DNA of 64,000 nucleotides from Lama glama (Eukaryota), in the NCBI GenBank assembly GCA_028534125.1, contig CM052817.1, positions 41,356,001 to 41,420,000 on the forward strand. The letters are read 5' to 3'. The first letter of the stretch is position 1, and each line of letters opens with the position of its first letter. Both the position numbers and the translations under genes were made by a program. The notes beneath the pieces were generated by a model. It ran no database searches. It was not told the origin of the DNA and worked only from the letters and a program-made list of their open reading frames with translations. This document shows positions 48,456 through 61,105 of this stretch, piece after piece.

Positions 48456-48800
48456 GCTATAAATTGAAGGTTTGTATCGCTCAACATCCACATGTGGAAA
48501 CCTAATCCCCAAGTGATGGTATTGGGAGAAGGGAGTGTTTGGGAGGTGATTCTGTCAGAGAGTGGAGCCCTCATGATAGAATTAGTTCTCTTATAAAACA
48601 GACCTCAGTCAGAGAGCCCCCTCATCCTTCTCCACAGGGAGAAGATGGCATCATATGAACCAGAAAGAGAGCTCACATCAGACACCAAACCTACCAGTAC
48701 CTTGATCTTGTACTTCCTAGCCTCCAGAAATTTGAGAAATAAATGTTTGTTGTTTAAGCCACCCACCTATGGTATTTTGTTAGAGGTCTAACAAAAAGAC
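48456..48800 (+). mobile_element. MaLR solo LTR (MLT1A-like)
   Basis: tgctata..gaaacctaatcccc..ggagccctcatga..ccttgatcttgtacttcctagcctccagaa..gaaataaatgtttgttgtttaagccaccc. Confidence 0.9.
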
Positions 48801-49014
48801 TGCTATAGTCTACAGTCTTGAAACCAATTAAGTAGTAAACATACTGAAATTCAACTAAATATGGCTGTGTCAGTTAACCTGTGCTGTGTAACAAATGACT
48901 CTAAACCTTAATAATTTAAAACAACACCTATATATATTGCCCTCCATTTCAGATGTTAGTAATCTGGGCTAGGTTGAGCTGGGCAGTTCTCCTTGGTTTT
49001 CTTATCTTTGCTAG

Positions 49015-50028
49015 TATTATGAGTTGAATTATGTTATCCTCCCACCCAGCCCTCTCAAATTCATATGATGAAGTCTTAACCTCCAGTACCTCAGAATATT
49101 ATTATATTTGGAGATAGAATCTTTATAAAAGTAATTAAGGTAAAATGAGGTCATTAATATTATGGGCCCCAATCCAACATGACTGGTGTCCTTATAAGAA
49201 GAGGAAATGTGGACACAGGTGCATACAAGGGGAGGATGATGTGAAGATACAGGGAGAACACCATGTCAACATGAAGACAGCTGTCTGTAAGCCAAGGAGA
49301 GAGGCCTGGGACAGATCCTTCCCTCAGAGCCTTCCAAAGGAACTGAACTTGCCAACTTTGATCTCAGACTTCCAGCCTCCAGAACTTTGAGAAATTTGTT
49401 TTTAATTTCTATTGTTTAAGTCACTAGATCTGTGGTAATTTGTATTTTTTAAATTGAAGTAGAGTTGATGTATAATGTTATGTTATTTTCGGGTGTACAA
49501 CATACTTATTTGACATTTAAATATATTACAAAATAATCACCCATGATAAGTCTAGTAATCATATGTCCTGTTACAAAGTTACTATGGTATTATTGACTAT
49601 TTTCCCTATGCTGTATATTACATCCTTGTGATTCATTTATTTTATAGGTGGAAGTTTGTACCTCTTAATCCCCTTCACCTATTTTTGCCTAACCCCCCCC
49701 CCAACCGCCCCAGCAACTACTAGTTTGTTCTCTGTACCTATGAATCAGTTTCTATTTTGTTTGTTTTGTTTCTTAGATTCTCCATGTAAGTGAAATTATA
49801 CAGTATTTATGTTTCTTTGCCTGACTTACTTCACTTAACATATAACCTCTGGGTCTGTTCATGTTGTTGCAAATGGCAAGAATTCATTCTTTTTCATGGG
49901 TAAGTTATATTGCATTGTCTCTCTCTCTCTCTCTCTACATGCACACACACACACACACCCACACACATACTCATCTGCTTTATCCATTCAGTCTGTGGTA
50001 CTTTGTTATAACAGCCTTAACTAATGTA
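49015..50028 (+). mobile_element. MaLR LTR (MLT1B-like) containing an L1 insertion
   Basis: tattatgagttgaatt..gactggtgtccttataagaagagg..gacttccagcctccagaact; terminus aactaatgta; 5-bp TSD gctag/gctgg. Confidence 0.88.
49444..49991 (-). mobile_element. LINE-1 3' end with 15-bp TSD and internal (CT)n(CA)n
   Basis: tttttaaattgaagtagagttgatg...; TSD tctgtggtaatttgt (49429-49443) / tctgtggtactttgt (49992-50006). Confidence 0.92.
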
Positions 50029-50854
50029 GCTGGGCATTCTCATGCATCTGCAGGCAGCTGGTGGGTTGGCCAGGCTGGCTGATTATGATGGTTTCAGCTG
50101 GGACAACCATAAGAACTGGGGTCTGTCTCTATGGGTTCCCTCATCTTCCAGCAGACTAGCCAAGCTCATTCACATGGCATTTGCAGATTTCTCAGAAAGC
50201 AAGGACAGAAGCTATAAGGCCTTTTAAGACTGAGACTTAGAACTGGCACAATATCACTCTTGCCATATTCTATTCATTAAAACAAGTTCCAGGACCAGCA
50301 TGGATCCAACAGTTAGGAACATAGACTCCACCTCTTAAAATGAGATACAGGGTCTTGTCATTTTGGCCATCTACCAAACAGCCATTTGACATCATGGAAC
50401 TAAAACTTCTCTGCAGATCAGAAGTGTGAGTCAAGATTATGCTCCAATATCAATTCTGAAAATCTCTTGAACAGAATTATCCATCAAAAAATTATACTGA
50501 GGCCAATATCCAAAAAGTAAGGACTAGGTTGTTAAAATATCATAGATGCTTTTAAATACATTCTATCCCCATAAATGAATATTTTGTTTCAAGCAGATGC
50601 AAACGTACAAGACTGGATCACTGATGAAAAAAAAAAAAAGAAAGTGAACTTTCTATCCAACATGTTAGTTATTAGATCTTAATTTTTATGGATAGAATTA
50701 AACAATTAAAGGGGTCACAGTAAGTCATTACTTGTTGAAACCCACCTTTCCCAAGTTTAGACTATTGAAAGCAGAGCTTTGTTTTAACACAATGGATAGT
50801 CTGGACCTTTTAATATTAACTTTTTAAGTGTCTTCCATTGATTGATAATTAATT

Positions 50855-51665
50855 AATGCATTTACTTATTGAATAAATAATGGTAAAGGTCTTATTACTT
50901 GCAAGGGCCCAGTAATACATGAGAGAACAAAATGAACTTGATCTTCACTCTCATAGAACTTTAGTAAAGAAAAAGATATTAAGTCAATAAAAGAACACAT
51001 ACAAATATAATTAAAATTGTAAAAATTCATGTGAATATAACTATAAAGTGTGTAATAAAGGATTACTCATTCAATAAACATGTATTGAATGCCTTATTAT
51101 GAGCCAGTTAACTGGAAATAACAAAGGGACTGAGTCAGAGATGCCTCTTTTTTATGGCACTCACTTTCTAGTATGAGAGACAGCCCCAAAGCCCAATCAG
51201 TGAATTAATTATAAATAAACAAAGACTTAACCATAACTTGTGATAAATGTTATGGAAAAAGGAATAGACAAAGAAAGGGACAAAAGTGGGGCTGTCTTTA
51301 GAGGCTGTAAGCTGATAAGATTTCCAAGAGAAGGTGATATTTAAGCTGAGATCCAAAGATGAAAGAAGCTGTCATTTTAAGAAGAGGTGGAACATTTCCA
51401 GGCAGAGGAAAGAGGAAGTACGAAGCCCTGGGGGTGAAGGGTCATGACTGATGGAGCAGGAATCTTAATGGAAGTCTGATGACCAGTGTTGTCCAGGGTG
51501 GTAAGCCATGCGGGGCAGGAACCAGACCACAGGGCTTTCATGGGACAGCAAGAGAAGCATTGATATTATTCTAGTGAAATGGGAAGCCACTGAAGGATTT
51601 TAAGCAGAGAGGGATGTGACCTAGTCTAAGAACAGTCTGCTGCTGTGTGGATTATGTATTGAAAG
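50855..51665 (-). mobile_element. LINE-2 fragments (two tails, at ~50855 and ~51065)
   Basis: tcattcaataaacatgtattgaatgcc..gaggaggtgatatttaagctgaga-like..cattccaggcagagg-like..gggaagccactgaaggattttaagcag. Confidence 0.8.
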
Positions 51666-51671
51666 GATTAG

Positions 51672-54600
51672 TGCACATGGAACATTTTCTAGGATTGATC
51701 ATCTACTTGGGCACAGAAGAAGCCTCAACAATATTAAGAAGATAGAAATTATCTCAAGCATCTTTACTGATCACAATGTCATGAAACTAGAAATCAACTA
51801 CAGAGAAACAAAGGAGAAAAAAGGGAAAGCATGGAGATTAAACAACATGCTATTAAAAAACCAATGGGCCAATGATGAAATTAAAGTTGAAATTAAAAAA
51901 TGCCTTGAGACAAATGAAAATGAAAATACAACCACACAAAATTTATGGGACTCAGCAAAGGCAGTGCTAAGAGGGAAGTTTATAGTGATACAGGCCTTCC
52001 TCAAAAAAGAAGAACAACCTCAAATAAACAATCTAACCCACCAGCTAAAGGGATTAAAAAAAGAAGAGCAAAAAGCCCCAAAAGGCAGCAGAAGGAAGGA
52101 AATAATAAAGGTCAGGGAGGAAATAAATAAAATAGAGATTTAAAAAACAATAGAAAAAAATCAATCAAACCAAAAGCTGGTTTCTTGAAAAAGTAAATAA
52201 AATCGACAAACCTCTGGCCAAATTCACAAAGAAGAAAAAAGAGAGAGCATGAATAAGCAAAATAAGAAAGGAAAATGGAGAAATTATAACAAATAACATA
52301 GAAACACAGAATATCATATGAGAATATTATGAAAATATTATGGAACCAAATTGGATAACCTAGAGGAGATGGACAAGTTTCTGGAAACATACAGTCCACC
52401 AAGAATGAACCAAGAAGAAACTGACCATTTGAACAAACCCATCACTAGAAATGAAATCGAATTAGCAATAAAAACCCCTACAAATAAAAGTCCAGGACCG
52501 GATGGCTTCACCAGGGAATTCTATCAAACATACAAAGAAGAACTCATACCAGTCCTTCTCAAACTCTTCCAGAAGATTGAAAAGGAGGAAATACTCCCAA
52601 ACTCATTCTATGAAGCCACCATCACCCTGATACCAAAACCAGGCAAAGACGCTACCAAAAAAGAGAACTACAGGCCAATATCACTGATGAACATAGATGC
52701 CAAAATCCTCACCAAAATATTAGCAAATAGAATCCAACAACACATAAAAAAGATCATACATCATGATCAAGTGGGGTTCATCCCAGGGACACAAGGGTGG
52801 TTCAACATATGCAAATCAATCAATGTAATCCATCACATCAACAAGAGAAAGGACAAATACCGCACAATCATCTCAAAAGATGCAGAAAAAGCATTTGATA
52901 AAATTCAACACCCATTATGATAAAAACTCTCACCAAAGTGGGTATAGTGGGAACATATCTCAACATCATAAAAGGTGTATATGACAAACCTACAGCCAGC
53001 ATAGCACTCAACAGTGAAAAACTCAAAAGCTTCCCATTAAAATCTGGGACAAGACAAGGCTGCCCACTATCACCATTCGTATTCAACATGGTCTTAGAAG
53101 TCTTAGCCACAGCAATCGGCAAGAGAGAGAAATAAAATGGATCCAAATTGGAAAAGAAGAGGTAAAAGTGTCACTATATGCCAATGACATGTTACTATAT
53201 ACAGAAAACCCTAAAAGGTCCACACAAAAACTACTAGATCTGATGGAAGAATTCAGCAAGGTAGCAGGTTACAAGATTAATGTTCAAAAATCAGGTGCAT
53301 TTTTTTACATTAACGATGAATTAACAGAAAAAGAAAGTAAAGAAACAATCCCCTTTAAGATGGCACCCAAAGTCATAAAATACCTAGGAATAAATCTAAC
53401 CAAGGAGGTGAAAGAATTATACACAGAAAACTATAAACCATTGATGAAGGAAATTAAGGAAGACTTTAAAAAATGGAAAGATATCCCATACTCCTGGATT
53501 GAAAGAATCAGTATTGTTAAAATGGTCACACTGCCCAAGGCAATCTACAGATTTAATGCAATCCCTATCAAATTACCCAGGACATATTTCACAGAACTAG
53601 AACAAATCATAATAAAATTTATATAGAACTACTAAAGACCTAGAATTCCCAAAGCATTACTGCAGAAAAAGAAAGAGGCTGGAGGAATAACTCTCCCAGA
53701 CTTCAGACAATACTATAGAGCTACAGTAATCAAGACAGCATGATATTGGTACAAAACAGACATATAGACCAATGGAACAGAATAGAGAGCCCAGAAATGA
53801 ACCCACAAACTTTTGGTCAACTCATGTGTGACAAAGGAGGCAAGAATATACAATGGAATAAAGACAGCCTCTTCAGCAAATGGTGTTGGGAAAACTGGAC
53901 AGCAGCATGTTAATCAGTGCAGTTAGAACACTCCCTTACACCATACACAAAAATAAACTCAAAATGGATCAAAGAGTTAAACATAAGACAAGATACAATA
54001 AACCTCCTAGAAGAAAATATAGGCAAAACATTATCTGACATATATCTCAAAAATGTTCTCCTAGGGCAGTCTACCCAAGCAATAGAAATAAAAGTAAGAA
54101 TAAACAAATGAGACCTAATTAAACTTACAAGGTTCTGCACAGCAAAGGAAACCATAAGTAAAATAAAAAGACAAACGGAAACGGAATGGGAGAAAATTTT
54201 TGCAAATGAAACTGACAAAGGCTCGATCTCCAGAATATATAAGCAGCTCCTACAACTTAATAAGAAAAAAAAAAACCCAATCCAAAAATGGGCAAAAGAA
54301 CTAAACAAGCAATTCTCTAGGAAGAAATACAAATGATAAATAGGCACATTAAAAAATGCTCACTATCATTAAATATCAGAGAAATGCAAATCAAAACCAC
54401 AATGAGGTATCACCTCACACCAGTCAGAATGGCCATCATTCAAAAGTCTACAAATGACAAATGCTGGAGAGGCTGTGGAGAAAAGGGAATCCTCTTACAC
54501 TGCTGGTAGGAATGCAGTTTGGTGTAGCTACTGTGGAAAACAGTATGGAGAGTCCTCAAAAGACTAGGAAGAGACTTACCATATGACCCAGGAATCCCAC

Positions 54601-54910
54601 TCCAGGGCATATATCCAGAAGGAACGCTACTTCAAAATGACACCTGCACCCCAATGTTCATAGCAGCACTATTTACAATAGCCAAGACATGGAAACAGCT
54701 TAAATGTCCATCAACAGATGACTGGATAAAGAAGAGGTGGTATACTTCTACAATGGAATACTATTCAGCCACAAAAACTGACAACATAACACATTTGCAG
54801 CAACATGGATGCTCCTGGGGAATGTCATTCTAAGTGAAGTAAGCCAGAAAGAGAAAGAAAAATACCATATGAGATCGTATATATGTGGAATCTAAAAAAG
54901 AAAAAAAAAA
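51672..54910 (+). mobile_element. 5'-truncated young LINE-1 with a disrupted ORF2 (partial endonuclease, reverse transcriptase, C-terminal domain), running into the assembly gap
   Basis: Encodes [58 protein letters not shown] and [11 protein letters not shown] motifs. These are split over several ORFs (51781-52143, 52351-52920, 52917-53135, 53168-53626, 53917-54111) by frameshifts and stops. Confidence 0.98.
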
Positions 54911-55010
54911 NNNNNNNNNNNNNNNNNNNNNNNNNNNNNNNNNNNNNNNNNNNNNNNNNNNNNNNNNNNNNNNNNNNNNNNNNNNNNNNNNNNNNNNNNN
55001 NNNNNNNNNN
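54911..55010. other. Assembly gap (100 N)
   Basis: Run of exactly 100 n after an A-run. Confidence 1.
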
Positions 55011-56149
55011 GTGAAACCCTTTGTTGGAAGATTAAGAGGAAGCCTTCATTCACACAGTGAGACAGGATTAAATTAAGACCTTAAGAAAACTTCAGTTCTG
55101 AAAAGGAGATCGCTCTCCTCTTCTCCAAGGCACATGTCATACCTGTATAGTTCAAAATCAAAACAGGACTAAACCACAGAATAGGTGGAAGCAGTTCTAC
55201 CAGATGCAGAATTTGCCCACCATGACTATTAGTGCTTTTACTTTTGAAATTTCAAATATCAAATAATTTCAAGAGAATTTTACTGATCTAGAGATGCTGA
55301 GTCTTTTTGTTTAATCTCATCTTTAACAAAGGTCCCGGGAAGGGAAAGTGTTTGGAGTGTTTTAGACTGAATGTAGGAAGCTTCTGTTGGTGTAGGGATT
55401 ACAGCTCAGGGCAGATCATGCAGTGACCTGCAAGCTAAATTGGGGACTGGACCTTAGGAGCAAAGGAGAATGTCAGAAAGCAAGGGAGGAGGAGGGGCAT
55501 TCAGATCAGACATGAGTGACTGCACTGATCCCTGGGGAGAAAGGGGTGTGGCTGGATTACGGGTGTTGCTGGCAGTGCAGGCAGAGCCAAGTCAGAGGAT
55601 TCTGGAGGTCAGTTCTGATCAGAAAATGAATCCCTTACTGACACTACTATTTTTCAAAATACATTTATTTTTATATCATTTCTTTATTTTGACTGGAGCA
55701 AAGCAGAGTTGAGAGTTTTTAGTTGGTGCAAATAAAATGTCAGAGGCAATGTATCGGTCTAGTGACTTCTTCAAAAGAACTGAGAAATGTCATCATTTTT
55801 ATATTTGGAAATTCACTCTCACTTTGTTCCGTTTTGATCTGTATGGTTTGCTTTAAAGATAATACTGTAGCTACCGTGGCCTGTATGACTTGCAGTGGCT
55901 TTTAACCAAACTCCATTAAAATTCTGACCTAATTCATTTCTGACTGTACCAACTTGTTTTTTCTTTTGACATTTTTTATTTTCTCGACTCTCTGATTAGG
56001 CTATAAGCACCTTTTCAATATCTGAATCATCCAATTCTTTGGTCCACAGGCTCCAGAAACTTGAAGAGAGGAACCCATTCATCTTTGTATCTTGAGCAAA
56101 AGCACAGTGCATGAAACAAAATAGATGCCCCATATGCCCATGAAATGGA

Positions 56150-57005
56150 ATTTGGACAGTCCTGCCCTCAGGGAGATTGTGGGTGACTTGGGGAGTCAGC
56201 TACATCAAAATGACACACAGTGTTGTTCTAAGTGTAACAGGGGGAGTGCATCATGATACAGAAGTAGGAGAGAGAAAGCAAGGAAGAGGATTTATGCACC
56301 GAAGTGTCAGGGAGAGTATGAAAGGGGAGTTGATTCCAGGGGGGCAGAGCAGGAAGGACACTCAGCTGGAGGAAACACCATGCAAAGAAGAAGCAAGAAG
56401 CACTCAGAGGTTATAAAGTTCTAACATTTTTAAATGTGCTAGAATGTACTAGAAGGAAACAAAATCTAGAGATATGAAGGAGCAACAACATGCAAGGCTA
56501 CTTAGGACATGTTATGGAGTTTGGACTTTCTTTGGCTGTGAAGCAGGGAGCAGGGAGAGGTCTTAAGATGGATAAGCTAAGTCTTAGTAATGTGAGACTG
56601 CTAAGTCTCACAGCAATATGACCAGACTTGCATTCTGCAAAGAGCACTTTGGCTGGATTGTGGGAATGAGTTCAAGTGCACTGGTGGACTGATGTGGTAA
56701 GGTGCTATGACAATAAAGCAGATGTGAGAAGACTGGGAATTTCAGGAAAGCAGAGGCAATGGAAATGAAGAGGCAAGGTCAGTTCAAGAGATTTAAAAGA
56801 CGGGATGGGCAAGACTTGATGACTAGAGATGAGGATTTGGGGAGAGGGAGGCATTGAGGAAGGGAACAGATTCATGGTTTAAGAGAGAGGTAATTGCTGG
56901 TGCTACCCACCAAGGCAGGGAATACAGGGCTGGTTGCAGGGGAGTGGAGCAAGTTGACAGTAAAGGGGAAAAATCAATCCTTCGGGACATTTTGAGTATG
57001 GGGTA
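56150..57005 (-). mobile_element. LINE-2 fragment
   Basis: cagtcctgccctcagggag..ggagtttggacttt..gaccagacttgcattctgcaaagagcactttggctg..caagacttgatgactaga..gggacattttgagt. Confidence 0.75.
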
Positions 57006-57149
57006 ACTGCCGACCTTTAGAGTAGAGGACACTACACCTCAGTGTCTTTCTATAGCTGCCCAGACAAAGGCAGTTTTTCATAAGTATTTGTAATAGCATC
57101 CGTGCCTTTGTCATCCTTGTATAGTGTCCTCTATACTGTATTGTTATTC

Positions 57150-57620
57150 ACTTCACTGCTTACAGAATCTGCACTTTCTCCTGTGCTTTCCATCCCAATT
57201 AATGGTGGTCTACCATTCCCACTTAACCAAGCTCATCACGTCAGAGCTGATCTCATTTCTTTCATCTTTCTTACTAGTCACATCCAATAGTTCACTCAGA
57301 ATGTTCCTACTCATGCCCCTTCTCTCTTCTTTCTGGTCACCAGCCCAGCATACCTGTCCCCTGCCATATACATATATATCCCTAGCCTTCCCCAGTCAGT
57401 TTCTTTCTCCAGACTCTTACAGTGATTTTCTAATTGCTATTTCTGCCTCTAATATTTTCCCTGTACCATTCATTACTCACACTATTGCCAGAGCAACCTT
57501 TCTATGACACAAGTCTCATCATATCATTTTGTTACTTAGAAACATCAATAGCTCCTCAGTTCCTAAATGGTCATGTACAAATACCTTGATGTTTCATAAT
57601 TTGGCCCAAATTTATTTTCT
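57150..57620 (+). mobile_element. LINE-2 fragment
   Basis: ttccatcccaattaatggt..cacatccaat..cacactattgccagagcaacctttcta..atcatatcatt..cttagaaacatcaatagctcc. Confidence 0.7.
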
Positions 57621-57769
57621 AGACAAAGCAAATTACTCCTCATCTCATAAATGATACCTAAATTGACTTTAAACATTGTGATTCAAAGGCACTCTGATAT
57701 ATTGCTTTTATGACTCTGCATTATTTCAGGTAGGTTTTGGATGGGTGAAAGAGGGACTCTGTCTGACTC

Positions 57770-57817
57770 CCACCACCACCACTACACACATACACACACA
57801 CACACACACATATACAC
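57770..57817. repeat. (CCA)n/(CA)n microsatellite
   Basis: Direct repeat run. Confidence 0.9.
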
Positions 57818-57855
57818 TGCTAGATTCAGTTCCAAAATTAATTGACTGAGGGTAC

Positions 57856-58314
57856 TGTTATGGGTTGAATTGTATTCCACCAAAAATAGATGTTGCAGTC
57901 CTAACCTCTGGTATCGGTGAACGTGACCTTACGTGGATGCTTGTCTTTGCAGATGAGATCAAGTTAAGATGAGGCCATTAGAGTGGGCTCTGAGCCAACA
58001 TAACTGATGCCCCAATGAAAAGGGGAAATCTGGACAATAGTAGCAACGGGAGAATGCTGTGTGGAGAGAATGATGGAGGCAGAGTTGGAAGTGCTATAGC
58101 TACAAGACGAGGCATGCCAAGGACTGAGGGCCATCACCAGCAGCTACAGAGAGGTGAAGGAGGAGTCTCCCTTTCAGGTTTCAGAGGGATCATGGAACTA
58201 TTGGCATCTTGGTTTCAAACTACTAGCCTCCAAACCCGTGGGACGATACATTTCTGTTGTTTTAAGCGTCTGGTTTGTGGCAGTTTTCAAAGGCAGCCCA
58301 GGGGAGCTAATGTA
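57856..58314 (+). mobile_element. MaLR solo LTR (MLT1C-like)
   Basis: tgttatgggttgaattgt..gtcctaacctctggta..ttaagatgaggcc..ggaggcagagttgga..catttctgttgttttaagc..ggcagcccaggggagctaatgta. Confidence 0.9.
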
Positions 58315-60174
58315 GATGCCGTATTTCATGGGGTGCAAAGTGGCCACACAGCCCAGCTTCTCCCAGCCCCCAGCACCTCTGGTGGGGACAGATGCTCTGG
58401 TAGCACTGCCCCTGCACGGCCGAGGTGCCTCGGGTCTGGAAGAAGGGCCACTGCTGCACTTCTATGTGTAAACTTACAGAACTATCCCTGAAAAACTTAC
58501 AATCTATGGCCTTCTGTTCAAGAGAGTGTTTACAAATGTGGCATTCTTCTGGTTCTTTACCCAAATTCAACGTTGACAAAGCCACAACTTCATCCAAGAG
58601 GGGAAATGACAGTAAGTGTCAGGAATCTCTGAATCATATCTTTGCCTCCACTAGCTGGAAAGCCCATTTCCATGCAGACTCATTTTCTGACAAAAACTGT
58701 AAAACGTTATCCAGGCTGATACTCAGAAAGTTACCCCTATTTGTCTTTTTTCAGCATTGTGATTTCCTTTATCAAAGGCTTTTATACTTTAAGTTTCTCT
58801 TTGTAAGTGTTGCAGGGAGTGATATTTGAATGAAAACAATGGAATCCTGATCTTACCTCAATGAGGACCTTGTGGCGCTTTGCCAATTTTTTCAATTTTG
58901 TTTTATTCCATTTGTTTCCAGGATACGCTATGCTTTTTCATGTCTCCTAGCTTTTGTACATGTGGTTTTCCTCACCTAGAATGTGTGCCCAATTCATTTC
59001 TGCCTAAAGAACACCATCACTTCTCTAATTATGATGGTCAGCACTGTCCTGGGTGCTGCACACGTGATCACGTTTGTACGTATTCACAACGCTGTGATTC
59101 AGGCTGAGAGAGGATAGAATGACTTGGAGGTGGCCCTGGAACTTGGCTCTTTCAGATCACAGACTCAGTGCTCCTGAGATTTCGGATTTTTGGCAAGTCA
59201 GAAATCTTCCTCCACTTCCCTAGCCACATATCCACTTTCTCCGCCGACCTTCTAGAGAATTTTGCTCTTGGTTTATTGTGAATTAGTATATTTTAATTAC
59301 TTATTTGGGTTTCTAGCCCCAGTTGATTGAATTCCACAAGACAAGAAGTGGCTCTTCCACCTGCTTTACTAATGGTGCATTACAGGTGCCCAATAAATAT
59401 TTGTTGACTGAATTAGAGCATGCTAAATGAATGTATGCATGGATTACAAAGTCACAGCATTTTCTATTTGACTGTGAAATTCTAGAAGACAGAGACCTTG
59501 CCTTTTTAAATTTTAAATCCCCAGAGTTGAATAAAAGTATGTTGGCTGAATGAATGATTTGGTCAACGAATGAATACTTGAATGATTATAGCTGACTAGA
59601 AGTAGTTGACTTGAAGCCCAGTGTGTGGCCATTTTCCCTTCTATATTTTATAAAATTTAGGAGCAAATGATAAAAGATCATACAAAAAGGCAAAACGATG
59701 TCTAATCTCTGTTCATCTCAGTTTGAATGCAACTAACCCAGCTTCATGATGGGGACTATAGTCTAGTTCCAAGATCAAGAACATGAAAGTACTAAAATTG
59801 AGGAACAGTTTTGCTTTGTTTATAAGATGTTCAAGTTTATTAATAAAGGAAATGTACATGAAAACTAATCTCTTTTTTCCTACAATAATCTTTACATCTT
59901 TAATATTGAAAAGATGGGGTAAAATGAGAATTATCTCACACTACCAATAGACTTACTGTTCCATTACCTCTGGATACAGCATAATATATTAATTATTGCT
60001 CCATTAATAGTTATATTGTTTCCATGTTTCTGCAGTGAATATCATTATATACAATTCATTGTCTGCTTCAAATTACTGCTGTAAGATAAATGCCTCAATG
60101 TGAATTATTGTATCAAATGCCATGAAAAATCTCAAGGTTCTTTGTTTTATTCTGCTTTGTTTGTTTAAATTATT

Positions 60175-60376
60175 AAAAAAACTTTTATTTTATACAAGTT
60201 TTAAAAGTTACTTTCCACTTATAGTTACTACAAAGTATTGGCCATATTCCCCGTGTTGTATAATATAATACAACCTTGAGCCAGTCTTACACCCAGTAGT
60301 TTGTACTGCCGATTCCTATATTTCTCTTCCCCTTCCCCACACCCCATAACCACTAGTTTGTTCTCTATATCTGTGA
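60175..60376 (-). mobile_element. LINE-1 3' UTR fragment
   Basis: tattggccatattccccgtgttgta..taaccactagtttgttctctatatctgtga. Confidence 0.85.
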
Positions 60377-60609
60377 AGAAGAACAGTTTTATTATTTTAT
60401 TAATTCCCTTACTCACTTACACTTGGGAACTGAGAAAGCACCCCAGAGCTGAGTAATTCAGAGCCATCTTTTTTTTCCCCCCCATTGTCAAAGCCTGAGC
60501 TTGGGAGGCCAGTTGGGCCACTGGGCTGAATCGGAAAGACACCCACTGTGGTAGATGCCTTGGAGATCATCTGTGACATGTGAAGTAGTATGAGGCTTCT
60601 AAATTAGAA

Positions 60610-61105
60610 CAGTGGTTCTCAAAGTGTGGCCAGGTGACCCATGAGAGTCCCCAAGAGCTTTTCAGAGAGTCACAGATAGGAATGATTATTATGACAATAC
60701 TAAGACCTTATTTGCCTTTTTCATTATCATTCAGTGGTTTCCCAGGCACTGAGTGGCATGTAGGATCGCACCAGATTGAATGCAGAAGTCAATATGCAAA
60801 TCCAGCTATCTTCTATTGAGCCAAATATTAACAAGATTTGTAAAAACTATAAAACAATGCTTCTCTTCACTATCTTTTTTTTTGAAATAGTTATTTCTCA
60901 TGAAATGATGTCATTTATGTTAATATTTAATGGTTGTAGAGTAGGTTATTTTCAGATAAATAAATACTTATAAAAATTTCTCAGTTTTAATTTTGAATAG
61001 GATAAATATTGAGAGATATAACCCACATAAACAAAAGTATGTTGGGGTCCTCCATAATTTTAAGACTGCAAAAGTCTTCCAAGACCAAAAATGTGAGAAC
61101 CACGG
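60610..61105 (+). mobile_element. Charlie1b-like non-autonomous hAT DNA transposon with both TIRs
   Basis: TIRs cagtggttctca (60610) and tgagaaccacgg (ending 61105). The internal cagattgaatgcagaag..atccagctatcttctatt matches the recalled Charlie1 consensus. Confidence 0.85.

Larger units (their letters stand above)
48867..50380 (-). mobile_element. Old MaLR LTR (MLT1F/H-like) split by the MLT1B/L1 nest
   Basis: tgtgtcagtt..gctgtgtaacaaatgactctaaa at 48867-49014, resuming ctcatgcatctgcaggcagctg..tagaactggcaca..catagactccacctctt at 50034-50340. Confidence 0.8.

Noticed and set aside
57705..57736. ttatttcag|gtaggt as a recursive splice site (similar cag|gtat at 12720 and 24233)
   Set aside because: The pyrimidine tracts or donors are weak, and no host gene is established.
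58015..58829. 158-aa and 134-aa ORFs
   Set aside because: The first begins within an MLT1C LTR. Neither has recognisable domains or supporting splice structure.
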